Source: Caldivirga maquilingensis IC-167 (GTDB lineage Archaea; Thermoproteota; Thermoprotei; Thermoproteales; Thermocladiaceae). From it: 32,000 nucleotides of DNA. The notes under the pieces are model-generated. The model searched no databases, was not told the origin of the DNA, and worked only from the letters and a program-made list of their open reading frames with translations. Of this stretch, positions 7,938 through 17,482 are shown in pieces (position 1 is the stretch's first letter; each line of letters opens with the position of its first letter). Position numbers and translations under genes: made by a program. The stretch covers positions 420,001-452,000 of the forward strand of contig NC_009954.1 of the NCBI RefSeq assembly GCF_000018305.1, given 5' to 3'.

Positions 7938-9392
7938 ATGGTTAGTTTCCCCGTTAGCCTACCCTCTGGTCCCTTTGAGGCTGATTGGGAGTCCTTGAGG
8001 GGTTTTAGAATCCCTGGTTGGTTTAAGCATGGTAAGTTTGGAGTCTTCATACATTGGGGTGTTTACTCAGTACCGGCCTTTGGTAATGAATGGTACCCTA
8101 GGCACATGTATATTCCAGGTAGGCCTGAGTATGAGTACCACATTAAGCATTATGGGCCTCAGGATAGGTTCGGTTACAAGGACTTCATACCAATGTTCAC
8201 TGCTGATAAGTGGGATCCCAATGAGTGGTGCAGCTTATTCAAGAGGGCTGGGGTGAGTTACGTTGTACCGGTGGCTGAGCATCATGATGGCTTCGCCATG
8301 TGGGATAGTTCATTAACCAGGTGGAACGCTAGGAGGATGGGGCCGCGTAGGGATGTGGTGGGTGAGTTGGCTAAGGCCTGTAGGGATCTGGGCCTAGTAT
8401 TCGGTGTATCTTACCATAGGGCTGAGCACTACTGGTTCTTTGAGGGTGGTAGGAGGATTAAGTCTGATGTGAATGACCCAGAGTATCAGGATTTATACGG
8501 GCCTGCTGCACCAATTAAGGAGCCTCATGAACAAGGTAAGCTTTGGCCACAGCCTGTTGAGCCACCGGGTGAGGCTTTTCTGAATGATTGGTTGCTTAGG
8601 GCCATTGAGCTTGTTGATAAGTATAGGCCGCAGTTATTTTACTTCGATTGGTGGATTGAGTACCCGTCCTTCGAACCATATTTAAGATTCTTCACAGCCT
8701 ACTACTATAATAGGGCTTACCAATGGGGCCTTGAGGTTGCTATTAATTACAAGCATAATGCAATGCCCTCCTGGGCCGGTGTGCTTGATGTTGAGAGGGG
8801 TAAGTTGGCTGGGATTAGGCCTACCCCATGGCAGACTGATACATCAGTTTGCTTAAACACATGGGGCTACACTAATGATTGCCAGTACAGGACCACTGAA
8901 TCAGTAATAAGGGATCTTGTGGATATTGTCAGTAAGAACGGTAACCTACTACTTAACATCGCACCCAGAAGTGATGGTACAATACCTGAGGAGCAGGTTA
9001 AGATGCTTAGGAGTGTTGGGGATTGGTTAAGCATTAACGGTGAGGCAATTTACGGTACTGAACCATGGTTAACGTACGGTGAGGGGCCGACTAGGGAGCC
9101 TGCTGGGGAGTTTAAGGAGTCTGAGTGGCTTAAGGTCAAGTACACTGGCAGTGACTTCAGGTTCACTAAGAGGGGTAACTCATTATATGCCATAGCCCTG
9201 GAATGGCCGGGTGAGGAAGCCGTAGTACAGTCATTAAGCTTAAACCTAAGGTTAATTGAGGATGTTAAGGACGTTGAATTACTGGGTCACGGTAAAGTAA
9301 AGTTCAGTAGAGAGGGGAGGGGATTAGTAATTGAGATACCGGGTAACGTGCAGAGGCGGGTAATGCCCGTATTCAAGGTAGTAACGAGTTAA
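7938..9392 (+). CDS. alpha-L-fucosidase, glycoside hydrolase family 29
   Basis: GH29 blocks FGVFIHWGVYSVPAFGNEWYPRHMY and VAEHHDGFAMWDS. Length 484 aa in a single uninterrupted ORF. Confidence 0.92.
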   Translation: MVSFPVSLPSGPFEADWESLRGFRIPGWFKHGKFGVFIHWGVYSVPAFGNEWYPRHMYIPGRPEYEYHIKHYGPQDRFGYKDFIPMFTADKWDPNEWCSLFKRAGVSYVVPVAEHHDGFAMWDSSLTRWNARRMGPRRDVVGELAKACRDLGLVFGVSYHRAEHYWFFEGGRRIKSDVNDPEYQDLYGPAAPIKEPHEQGKLWPQPVEPPGEAFLNDWLLRAIELVDKYRPQLFYFDWWIEYPSFEPYLRFFTAYYYNRAYQWGLEVAINYKHNAMPSWAGVLDVERGKLAGIRPTPWQTDTSVCLNTWGYTNDCQYRTTESVIRDLVDIVSKNGNLLLNIAPRSDGTIPEEQVKMLRSVGDWLSINGEAIYGTEPWLTYGEGPTREPAGEFKESEWLKVKYTGSDFRFTKRGNSLYAIALEWPGEEAVVQSLSLNLRLIEDVKDVELLGHGKVKFSREGRGLVIEIPGNVQRRVMPVFKVVTS

Positions 9393-9499
9393 TGCTTAAA
9401 GTGAATTCACTTAAACCTACTTAAAGTAATCACTTAACGCTTATCACAATGAATTAGCACCTGCGCTTAGATGAATGAATTCATTAATTTGAATCAACC

Positions 9500-9760
9500 C
9501 TACTCCCCACCATCATTCTCCAATACACCTAAGTAATCGTAAACCCACCCCTTCCTAGCGTACTCCTCGTAAATCCTCCAAATCCTCTTAGCGCTCACTA
9601 ACCCAGCGTAGTAACCCCTCTCCTCAAGTACCCTCTTAACCTCATTAATGAAGTCAATGGGTTTAACGTAAGGCTTCTCATACATTACCCTGAGTATTGC
9701 CTGTGCAATATCCTTATTATGAGGGTAAGGTTTCTTACTCTTCATAGTGACCAAGTTCAT
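9500..9760 (-). CDS. Small hypothetical protein (86 aa)
   Basis: ORF with a helical, basic/aromatic composition. It is divergent from udp across an AT-rich promoter region. No family recognised. Confidence 0.45.
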   Translation of the reverse strand: MNLVTMKSKKPYPHNKDIAQAILRVMYEKPYVKPIDFINEVKRVLEERGYYAGLVSAKRIWRIYEEYARKGWVYDYLGVLENDGGE

Positions 9761-9813
9761 AATAACGCTTAACTTATTAATAAACCTTAATTAGCCTAAG
9801 GGCATTAATACGC

Positions 9814-10641
9814 ATGGCCACTAGGCCCATTGTTAACGGTAGGGTATACCACCTAGTGCTTAAACCCGGTGAAACCACACCATACGCATTACTCCCAGGT
9901 GACCCAGGTAGGGTTGATTTAATAGCCTCAATGTGGGATGAAGTTAGGCTTAAGGTTGAGAATAGGGAGTATAGGACCTACGTAGGCACCTACAGGGGTG
10001 TACCCGTGATGGCTACTTCAACAGGGATAGGTGGGCCATCGGCCTCAATAGCCATTGAGGAATTAGCATCATTAGGTGTTGGAACATTAATTAGAGTTGG
10101 CACCACTGGTTCACTGTGGGCTAGTGTCAAGGTTGGTGACTTAATAATAGCCAGAGGTGCTGTTAGGCTGGATGGGGCAAGCAGTAACTACGCACCCCCA
10201 GGTTACCCAGCGGTTCCTCACCCTGATGTGTTGAATGCCTTGATTACAGCCGCTGAGGGCTTGGGTGTTAGGTATCATGTTGGGTTAACTGCATCAACAG
10301 ACAGCTTCTATGTTGGTCAAGGTAGGCCAGGGCTTGGTGGTTACTTACCCAGTTGGTTTAAGGGTATTATTAATGATCTTAAGGCTGTTAAGGTAATGAA
10401 CTTTGACATGGAGACAGCTACAGTATTAACAATCGCCAATGTTTATGGTTTAAGGGCTGGTTCAGTAATGGCTGTGGTGGCTAATAGGGAGACTGATGAA
10501 TTCAACCCTGAAGCCGGAGTTGCAGATGCTTGCCGTGTCGCCAATGAGGCTGTTAAGGTGATTAATGAGTGGGATAGACAATACCCCGATTATGAGGTTA
10601 AGTCTGGGGCAGTGTTGAGGAGGGCTTATGAATCACGTTGA
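9814..10641 (+). CDS. udp: Uridine phosphorylase (NP-I family nucleoside phosphorylase)
   Basis: LPGDPGRVDLIA...STGIGGPSASIAIEELASLG...IRVGTTGS closely follows the E. coli Udp/DeoD pattern as I recall it. Length 275 aa. Confidence 0.88.
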   Translation: MATRPIVNGRVYHLVLKPGETTPYALLPGDPGRVDLIASMWDEVRLKVENREYRTYVGTYRGVPVMATSTGIGGPSASIAIEELASLGVGTLIRVGTTGSLWASVKVGDLIIARGAVRLDGASSNYAPPGYPAVPHPDVLNALITAAEGLGVRYHVGLTASTDSFYVGQGRPGLGGYLPSWFKGIINDLKAVKVMNFDMETATVLTIANVYGLRAGSVMAVVANRETDEFNPEAGVADACRVANEAVKVINEWDRQYPDYEVKSGAVLRRAYESR

Positions 10642-10647
10642 TTAAGG

Positions 10648-11112
10648 TTAATACTTAATTAATTCAGGCGTTATGTACCATTCAATAACCCATTGACCAT
10701 TAGTTAAACTCAACTTAACCACGCCGGAGTACCTAAACTTAATTAGTTGAGTATTTGGGTTACCTGTAATTAGTAATGAGGCTAGTTTAGATAAGTGAGG
10801 CAGGTGACCAACAATCATTACCCTATCACCTAATTCACTTAACCTACCGGCGATTAGGCTTGGGTCATCATTAGGGTTCAAGCCCTCAATAGCCTTCACT
10901 GATTTAACACCAAGGTGCTTAGCCAGTATCTCAGCTGTTTGAAGGGCCCTCTTCTTACCACTATGCACTATTACATCCACTGAAACATTAATCTTAGCTA
11001 AGTGCAAGGCTATGGCGGTGGTTTCACTAATACCCTCTGGTGTTAGGCTTCTCTCAGGGTCGATCTTCTCGTCGAAGGCCTTACCATGTTGAATCAAGTA
11101 AATCGATTCCAC
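10648..11112 (-). CDS. Histidine-phosphatase superfamily protein, SixA-like
   Basis: IYLIQHGKA...LTPEG...SGKKRALQTAEI...VGHLPHL resembles the SixA layout. The canonical RHG is QHG here. Length 154 aa. Confidence 0.75.
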   Translation of the reverse strand: MESIYLIQHGKAFDEKIDPERSLTPEGISETTAIALHLAKINVSVDVIVHSGKKRALQTAEILAKHLGVKSVKAIEGLNPNDDPSLIAGRLSELGDRVMIVGHLPHLSKLASLLITGNPNTQLIKFRYSGVVKLSLTNGQWVIEWYITPELIKY

Positions 11113-11156
11113 GCTTCATTAATCCCAACTCAACTTTTAAACTTACCCAATTAAGC

Positions 11157-12353
11157 CTAGGGTAATTTAGTTAACTTAGCCATGAAGAAGCCTGGTGTAT
11201 CTTGGATATGTGGGTGAAACCTCCTTGAGACTCCGTCAAACGCCCTCTGACCGGCAGGTACGTTAACGTACTCTAGCCTGAAGCCTAACTCAGTGGCCCA
11301 TTTAACATTATCCTCATTCTCCATTGGTGGTAACGTACATGTGGAGTATATTAATGATCCATTAGGCTTAAGTAAACTGTAGGCAACCTTAATGAACTGC
11401 CTCTGGTAGGCCACTAGGTTGATTAAGTCAGTCATGGTTAACCTATAGTATAGTTTAGGCCTAACCCCAGCGTCACTGCAGGGTGGGTCAATGAGGACTT
11501 TATCAGCCTTACCAATAAACTCAGGGTGGTTTAAGTGAAGGAACCTACTATCCTCAATGTAAGTCATTAACCTAACCCCCAGTCTAGCTGCATTACCCTC
11601 AATTTGCCTAACCTTACTCCAACTCCTATCAACCGCAATGATGATTGCCTTATTACCGGATAATTGAGCCACGTGGGTTGCCTTACCACCTGGTGCCGAG
11701 CATAGGTCTATAATGGTTTCATTAGGCCCTGGGTCAATTAATCTACCAACCCATTGAGCCGGCAGGGACTGTTCATAGAATAAGCCGAACCTCCACTCAT
11801 CAAGATCCCTTAACTTAGGTAACCTATAAACTGACTCAGTGGTTTCAACAACAATACCCCTGAACCCCCTCCTGAATTCTGATGCATTAATTTTAGCGAC
11901 CCCTAAGGCAACTACGTCACCATTTGGGGATACTACGTTGACTTCATCACCGGCATGAATGTCATTAGGCATGTAGAGTACCCCTGGGCCGTATAGGTTG
12001 GAGCCTAGGTAAACGCTCTCTGAGGCGTACTTATCAGCAACAACATACCTCCTACTAGCCCCAACCCTATTAGGTCCCTCCGTTGGGAGCCATATGGCCT
12101 CATCAAGTACCTCATCCCTGTAAGCGGTTATGCCATGTTCCTTAAGCCTCCTTAGTAATTCATCGGTACTCACCTTCAGTGTATTAACCCTAACGTAGTA
12201 TCTTCTCGGTGGCTTCCTAATGCTTTCAAAGTAGGAGTCTAATTCACCATCATCCATGTATTGAAGCAAATGCCTGTAAACCTCTTGGTCAAGCTCAATA
12301 CCCCTAGCTACCTCAATAATCTTAACTCCTCCCTCAGTATGATGCTTAGGCAT
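11157..12353 (-). CDS. RNA (cytosine-C5)-methyltransferase, NOL1/NOP2/Sun family with PUA domain
   Basis: DLCSAPGGKATH (SAM motif I), DPPCSDAG (motif IV Pro-Cys) and YSTCTL (motif VI Thr-Cys). A PUA-like segment GDEVNVVSPNGDVVALGVAKI is present. Confidence 0.9.
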   Translation of the reverse strand: MPKHHTEGGVKIIEVARGIELDQEVYRHLLQYMDDGELDSYFESIRKPPRRYYVRVNTLKVSTDELLRRLKEHGITAYRDEVLDEAIWLPTEGPNRVGASRRYVVADKYASESVYLGSNLYGPGVLYMPNDIHAGDEVNVVSPNGDVVALGVAKINASEFRRGFRGIVVETTESVYRLPKLRDLDEWRFGLFYEQSLPAQWVGRLIDPGPNETIIDLCSAPGGKATHVAQLSGNKAIIIAVDRSWSKVRQIEGNAARLGVRLMTYIEDSRFLHLNHPEFIGKADKVLIDPPCSDAGVRPKLYYRLTMTDLINLVAYQRQFIKVAYSLLKPNGSLIYSTCTLPPMENEDNVKWATELGFRLEYVNVPAGQRAFDGVSRRFHPHIQDTPGFFMAKLTKLP

Positions 12354-12358
12354 GGTTA

Positions 12359-12721
12359 CTATGGTCCACTTAACTTAGCCCTATTCTTAAACCTCTCCAG
12401 TGACTTAAGGATGGCCCTGGTGGCATCCTCAGGGTTAACCTTTGATATTCTCCATAAGTCCATTTGATCATCAACCACATACATTATTGACTTAGCCCTA
12501 GATACCTTATCCTTGAACTCAATCTTAATAATCCTCTCCTTAGATAGTTTACTAAGCATCTTAGCTGCCTTAAGAATGTTCCTATGCTTCTCATCAAGGC
12601 CAGCTAACCTCACTAATGTGGCTGTCTTAATAGTAACCCTCCTACCCCTTGAGCCACTGATGAGCTTAACAAGGGCCTTAGCCAGCTTCTCCTCAATATT
12701 CACACTATCCGTAGCCACCAC
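12359..12721 (-). CDS. Hypothetical protein (120 aa), basic
   Basis: The ORF overlaps the upstream isomerase gene by 17 nt and ends 5 nt before the methyltransferase gene, an operonic position. No family recognised. Confidence 0.5.
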   Translation of the reverse strand: MVATDSVNIEEKLAKALVKLISGSRGRRVTIKTATLVRLAGLDEKHRNILKAAKMLSKLSKERIIKIEFKDKVSRAKSIMYVVDDQMDLWRISKVNPEDATRAILKSLERFKNRAKLSGP

Positions 12722-13817
12722 CCCCGTTTATAACCCTATTCACATTCTTATCGAAGGGTGGGTATATTATACCCTTCTCCGTTATTATCGCCGTAACGTA
12801 CCTGGGGGGTGTTACGTCGAAGACTGGGTTATACACCTTAACGTCACTTAGAGTTATTGGAACCCCCCTAATTAACCTAACTTCATTAGGGTCCCTCTCC
12901 TCAATCTTAACATCATTCACATCACTGGTTAAGTCGAAGGTTGAGGATGGGGCAAGGGCGTAGAAGGGTATTCCCAATTCATGGGCTATCACAGCCTCCT
13001 TAAACGTACCCACCTTATTAAACACGTGTCCGTCCTTTAAAATCCTATCTGCCCCAACCATGACGTGGTTAACCATGCCCTTATACATAACTAACCCAAC
13101 CGCTGTATCCGTGATTAACGTGGTGTCGATACCCTCCATCACTAATTCGTAAACAGTTAACCTAGCTCCCTGCAGCCACGGTCTGGTTTCAGGTACGAAC
13201 ATTGAAACCTCCATACCCATTAACTTAGCCAACTTAACAGGAGCCAAGGCAGTCCCTAAGCCAGTACCTGTTGCTAAACCACCTGCATTACACTGAGTCA
13301 TAATTGAGTCACCATTGTTAAGCTTCTCCATGCCGTAGATACCCATGGCTATCTCGGCATCGTACTCCTCATTAAAGACGGCGTCAGCCTCGGCCTTAAG
13401 TGCATCCACCAATTCCTTAACACTCCTAACGCTACCATTACTTATACTTGACTTAGCCTTATTAAGCATCCTACCTGTAGCCCAGGGTAAGTTAACTGCA
13501 GTTGGCCTGGCAGCATCCATAATCCTCTTGGCATTCTCAAGAACCCTTAAGGCGTCATTAAGGTCACTTACCTTACTCATGCTGCTTAATAGGCTGAGTA
13601 ACATACCGTACGCCGCCGTTATGCCTATTGCAGGCGCGCCCCTAACCTTCATTGACCTTATCGCATCAGCCACATCCTGCGGTGTATGTAGTTCAACGTA
13701 AATTGTCTCAAAGGGTACCTTGGATTGATCAAGGATGATTAACCTATTATCCCTCCACTCAATGGGTTTAACCTTAGGTTTATAAATCCTCTTAACCTCA
13801 TCAATACTAATCCTCAT
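12705..13817 (-). CDS. mtnA: eIF-2B alpha/beta/delta-like sugar-phosphate isomerase, MtnA type (methylthioribose-1-phosphate isomerase-like)
   Basis: N-terminal [10 protein letters not shown]...[16 protein letters not shown], a Cys block [12 protein letters not shown] and an Asp block [18 protein letters not shown]. Length 370 aa. Confidence 0.88.
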   Translation of the reverse strand: MRISIDEVKRIYKPKVKPIEWRDNRLIILDQSKVPFETIYVELHTPQDVADAIRSMKVRGAPAIGITAAYGMLLSLLSSMSKVSDLNDALRVLENAKRIMDAARPTAVNLPWATGRMLNKAKSSISNGSVRSVKELVDALKAEADAVFNEEYDAEIAMGIYGMEKLNNGDSIMTQCNAGGLATGTGLGTALAPVKLAKLMGMEVSMFVPETRPWLQGARLTVYELVMEGIDTTLITDTAVGLVMYKGMVNHVMVGADRILKDGHVFNKVGTFKEAVIAHELGIPFYALAPSSTFDLTSDVNDVKIEERDPNEVRLIRGVPITLSDVKVYNPVFDVTPPRYVTAIITEKGIIYPPFDKNVNRVINGGGGYG

Positions 13818-13877
13818 TAATAATCACTAACCGTCACCTTCGAATTCAACTGGGTTTTAAAATTTACTCACAAATTG

Positions 13878-14780
13878 TTAATGCTGGAGGAATTGCCTAA
13901 GCAGGTCTGCAACCTCCCTACTCCTAGTCACCAGTAGGCTAACCCTTGGTTGCTCATTGATTGGGACATCATCGATACTGTAGCCGTCCATTGCTATTAT
14001 TAATGAGTTAAGCTCCTTAGCTATAACGTAGGCTGCGGCTATGTCATAAAGCCTAAGCCTATTCCTAACATCAAGGAAGAAGAGAAGCTTCCCTAGGGCA
14101 GCCATGGTTATCTCCAGGCTGGCTGCACCAAGGCTCCTTATCTTAAAGCCATTAAGCCTCCTGTATAATTCAGCCAAGCCATTTAACACCCTCTGTTCAA
14201 CAGTTGGCTCAATGTATATTGAGGCCACTGGCTTATCTAGGACGCTTGAGTCGAAGGAGGCTGGTTCACCGTTTATGAAGGCTCCCTTACCCCTCTCAGC
14301 ATAATAAGTTACGCCACTGCTAACATGGTGAATAATCCCAGCCTCCACGTCTGATAGCGTTAGGTTGCTCTTAAACCTAGCCACTGCTATTGATATTGAG
14401 TAGAAGGGTACGTCTAGGACGAAGTTAAGGGAGCCGTCAATTGGGTCAACTATGAATAGGTAATCGGGTTCACCATCATTAACCTTAACAACACCCCTCT
14501 CCTCAGTAATAACTAGTGCCCTTAATCCCTCAGCCTTAATTCTATCAATTATGGCACCCTCCGCAACCCAATCAATACCCCTAGTCACATCACCCTTCCC
14601 TGACCTCATTATCCTCTTATAGGATGAATCCTTAGACTTCTCAATTATCATGGGGGATGTGTTCTTCACAATATCCATTAACAATGATTGAATATTCACT
14701 TCACCCACATTTATCGCAATAGGCTCAACTCCACGTTTTAATGCTTTTCCACAAGGCGCTAAGCTAAGCTGCAGGATCAC
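13878..14780 (-). CDS. Inositol monophosphatase / fructose-1,6-bisphosphatase family phosphatase
   Basis: Contains FIVDPIDGSLNF (metal-binding DPxDG), ITEERG and the C-terminal YDIAAAYVIAKE. The GTG start abuts the stop of the upstream kinase gene. The real start may be the internal Met (MDIVKN). Confidence 0.82.
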   Translation of the reverse strand: MILQLSLAPCGKALKRGVEPIAINVGEVNIQSLLMDIVKNTSPMIIEKSKDSSYKRIMRSGKGDVTRGIDWVAEGAIIDRIKAEGLRALVITEERGVVKVNDGEPDYLFIVDPIDGSLNFVLDVPFYSISIAVARFKSNLTLSDVEAGIIHHVSSGVTYYAERGKGAFINGEPASFDSSVLDKPVASIYIEPTVEQRVLNGLAELYRRLNGFKIRSLGAASLEITMAALGKLLFFLDVRNRLRLYDIAAAYVIAKELNSLIIAMDGYSIDDVPINEQPRVSLLVTRSREVADLLRQFLQH

Positions 14781-15644
14781 CTATATCTCACTAAACCTAA
14801 CTAATCTACTCAACTCACTGGTAACTTGATCAAGTAGCCATGGATCTATTCTACCGAATGGGCCACTCACAGTAACCCTAACGGTTGCTAGGGCGACAGC
14901 CTTAATGAAGGCGTCAAGTGGGTTAAGGCCCATCTTTAAGTAGCCTGTTAATGAACATATTAAGACATCACCCGCACCAGTTGGGTCAATTGCATTAACT
15001 TTAACGTTACCATCAAACCAGTAAACCTTACCATTAGTGTACATTTTAGCTAAGTTACCACCCATTGAGACCACAAGTACCTTATCCTTAACGCGCCTAA
15101 TCCCATGGTTAACCTCATCTGCACTAACTTTAACGACATCGGAGTGGGATAGGGCTAATTCAATAATGTTACTGGGGCTATCATTAATGACTAATCCATT
15201 ATCGAGGAACCTCCTCGTGAAGCCTTGAAGATCTATTGAAACCAACTTAGCCCTCTCCCTAATAGCCTCAACAAGCCTCCATGATACTTCACCAGCCACT
15301 GGATTAATAACCACTGCATCATCGTTCACAGTAATGTCACTGAGCTCAATATCCCTACACCTACTCAGTAACCATAGTTTCCTATTCATGAACTCATCAT
15401 ACCTTATCCTAAACCTAGTTGTCCTACAGGATTCCTCAATCTTAACCCCGGTTAAATCAATACCTAGTTCCTCATAGGGCCTTAAAGCCGGCTTAAAGTC
15501 AACCCCAACCACCGATATTGGCTTAGCAATGAACCCAGCCTGCTTCAGGTATGTGGAGCAGAAGGTTGGTGGCCCACCTGGACTTATCCTACTAACCCCC
15601 GGGAACTCCAATTCATCAATAGTCATGTGACCTATAACTAACAC
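14781..15644 (-). CDS. PfkB-family (ribokinase-like) sugar/nucleoside kinase
   Basis: C-terminal DPTGAGDVLICSL (PfkB signature with catalytic Asp), an N-terminal GG motif (PGGPPTF), and a ribokinase-like length of 287 aa. Confidence 0.82.
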   Translation of the reverse strand: MLVIGHMTIDELEFPGVSRISPGGPPTFCSTYLKQAGFIAKPISVVGVDFKPALRPYEELGIDLTGVKIEESCRTTRFRIRYDEFMNRKLWLLSRCRDIELSDITVNDDAVVINPVAGEVSWRLVEAIRERAKLVSIDLQGFTRRFLDNGLVINDSPSNIIELALSHSDVVKVSADEVNHGIRRVKDKVLVVSMGGNLAKMYTNGKVYWFDGNVKVNAIDPTGAGDVLICSLTGYLKMGLNPLDAFIKAVALATVRVTVSGPFGRIDPWLLDQVTSELSRLVRFSEI

Positions 15645-15690
15645 TCAACGGCTACGCGTGAATGCATTTAAGTATTTAATTTTGAGAAAG

Positions 15691-15702
15691 ATTTATTAAA
15701 AA
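15691..15702 (+). promoter_or_regulatory. TATA box (ATTTATTAAAAA) for tfs-surE
   Basis: The spacing predicts a transcription start near 15722. This favours the ATG at 15727 over the GTG at 15715. Confidence 0.5.
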
Positions 15703-15726
15703 GTACCTGGCCAAGTGTTAATTTAC

Positions 15727-16062
15727 ATGGCTATAAAATTCTGCCCTAAATGTGGATCAATAATGAAACCATATAGGAACGGTAATAAGGTTACTTGGAG
15801 GTGCCCTAAATGCGGGTACGTTGAAGACTCCTCAACAACAGTCCCATTGGTTGAGAGGACTGTAATTGAGCATAAGCCTGATGAGAAGCCGGTGGTCTTA
15901 ACTAAGGCTAATGATAATTTACCCAAGGTTAAGGTAACCTGCCCAAGGTGCGGCAACAATGAAGCGTACTTCTGGATTCAGCAGACTAGGGCGGCTGATG
16001 AACCACCAACAAGGTTTTACAGGTGCACTAGATGTGGGTATACTTGGCGTGAGTATGAGTAA
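15727..16062 (+). CDS. tfs: Transcription factor S (TFS; TFIIS / RNA polymerase subunit M homologue)
   Basis: N-terminal zinc ribbon CPKCG...CPKCG. C-terminal ribbon CPRCGNNEAYFWIQQTRAADEPPTRFYRCTRCGYTW carries the acidic DE hairpin. The ORF track starts at GTG 15715, but MAIKFCPKCG from ATG 15727 fits the promoter better. Confidence 0.9.
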   Translation: MAIKFCPKCGSIMKPYRNGNKVTWRCPKCGYVEDSSTTVPLVERTVIEHKPDEKPVVLTKANDNLPKVKVTCPRCGNNEAYFWIQQTRAADEPPTRFYRCTRCGYTWREYE

Positions 16063-16074
16063 TGGTGAGTTTAA

Positions 16075-16887
16075 TTGAGGATACTGGTAACCAATGATGA
16101 TGGATTAACCTCAATGGGCATAGTAACCCTAGCCAATGAATTAGCCAAGGAACATGAGGTACACGTAGTAGCACCTGAAACTCAACTAAGCAGCATAGGT
16201 GCCGCCAGGACGTATAATAGGCCAATAAGGATATGGAGGTGGAACGGTGGCCTTTACAATGGTCCAGTGGACGTCTATGCAACAGACGGCACACCCTCTG
16301 ACGCAGTCTTCATGGGTATTAATATGTTTAAACCGGAAATAGTGGTTAGCGGTGTTAACCTAGGTGAAAACGTGGGCCTTGAGTCACTGTTCATAAGTGG
16401 TACAATAGGGGCGGTGATTCAATCATCATTAATAGGTGTCCCAGGCATAGCAGCCTCAATAGAGGTACCGCCTCATAGTAAATTCATAATACCACAGATC
16501 AATGGAGATTACTTCAGCGGCATTGTTAAGGTGATTAAGGGTATTATTAATCACATTGAGGCTGAGGGATGGGTTAAGGGAGTTGATGCACTCTCACTCA
16601 ATATGCCATCACCAAGTAGGTGGAGTGGGGGATACGTGGTGGTTTCACGTATGGCTAAGCGACTGTTTAAGGAGACTGTGATTGAGTCAAGTGACCCAAG
16701 GGGTAATAAGATATACTGGAGATGGGGTGAGGAGTTAATGCCGTTAGACACTGATACTGACGCCTACGCATTCTACAGGGAGGGAAAACTGACTGTGACA
16801 CCGTTAATCCTAGGTGATTCAAGTACTGGGCTTAGTGATATTGTTAGGAGTATTGAGGAATTAATCAGTAAGGTTATTAGGGCTTAA
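16075..16887 (+). CDS. surE: 5'/3'-nucleotidase SurE
   Basis: N-terminal ILVTNDDG, then SGVNLGEN and SGTIGAV blocks. The TTG start lies 12 nt after the tfs stop, so the two are probably co-transcribed. Confidence 0.88.
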
Positions 16888-16923
16888 GCCGTAAATGGAT
16901 TCAACCAGTAATCAGGGTGAAAT

Positions 16924-17379
16924 TTAACCCTGCTTACTTGAAGCCTCTGAGCCCTGGGGCTGCCCATTACTAGGCTTCACTGTGGTTAGGAAAACCATGC
17001 CGTTAAACTCCATTTCCCTAACCACACCCCTATTAATCAATTCTGCATAAACCCGGGGCCACTCACTTCCAGTCATCTTTCTCAGTAATTCCTCGAAGGC
17101 TGGCTTAGGCATGGGCTCCTTCAACTCACTTACAATGCGTTCAGCAACCTCATTCACGTTGACTGAATCCTCATTAACGGTTACTTGCCTAACCTTAACG
17201 TAAACCTCCCCTGAGGCTAAGTCAACGTAGGTGTCTATTAAGCCACGTCTACTTAATTCAAGTAGGTCATTGAACGTTAAGTTGAATGGAACCCTATACC
17301 TAATGCTTCTTAAACTAACCCACTTCCCATCACTCAATACCCTTAATGACTCAACTAAGTCACTAAGCCTACTCCTCAT
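16924..17379 (-). CDS. Hypothetical protein with two winged-helix-like segments (151 aa)
   Basis: ORF with its own TATA-like box (minus-strand GTTAAGTTAAATAGG, 17401-17413). The segments LTFNDLLELSRRGLIDTYVDLASGEVYVKV and EWPRVYAELINRGVVREMEFNGMVFL look like wHTH recognition helix plus wing. No family recognised. Confidence 0.55.
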   Translation of the reverse strand: MRSRLSDLVESLRVLSDGKWVSLRSIRYRVPFNLTFNDLLELSRRGLIDTYVDLASGEVYVKVRQVTVNEDSVNVNEVAERIVSELKEPMPKPAFEELLRKMTGSEWPRVYAELINRGVVREMEFNGMVFLTTVKPSNGQPQGSEASSKQG

Positions 17380-17482
17380 AAACTGAACCTACCCTAAACC
17401 CTATTTAACTTAACAGCCAATATAGAGCCATGTAATGCATTTAGGTATAACATTTATTAATTTCAGCTGATACACCATTCCG

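Noticed and set aside
7938-9392. Programmed -1 frameshift, as in the Saccharolobus solfataricus alpha-fucosidase
   Set aside because: The GH29 gene here is one uninterrupted 484-codon ORF, so no frameshift is needed.
13345-13701. 118-aa plus-strand ORF inside the isomerase gene; similar shadow ORFs at 14104-14304, 15037-15228, 17554-17844, 19362-19595, 23244-23468, 24629-24960, 26958-27218, 27981-28205 and 29464-29769
   Set aside because: All are shadow ORFs antisense to, or out of frame within, genes that have clear family motifs.
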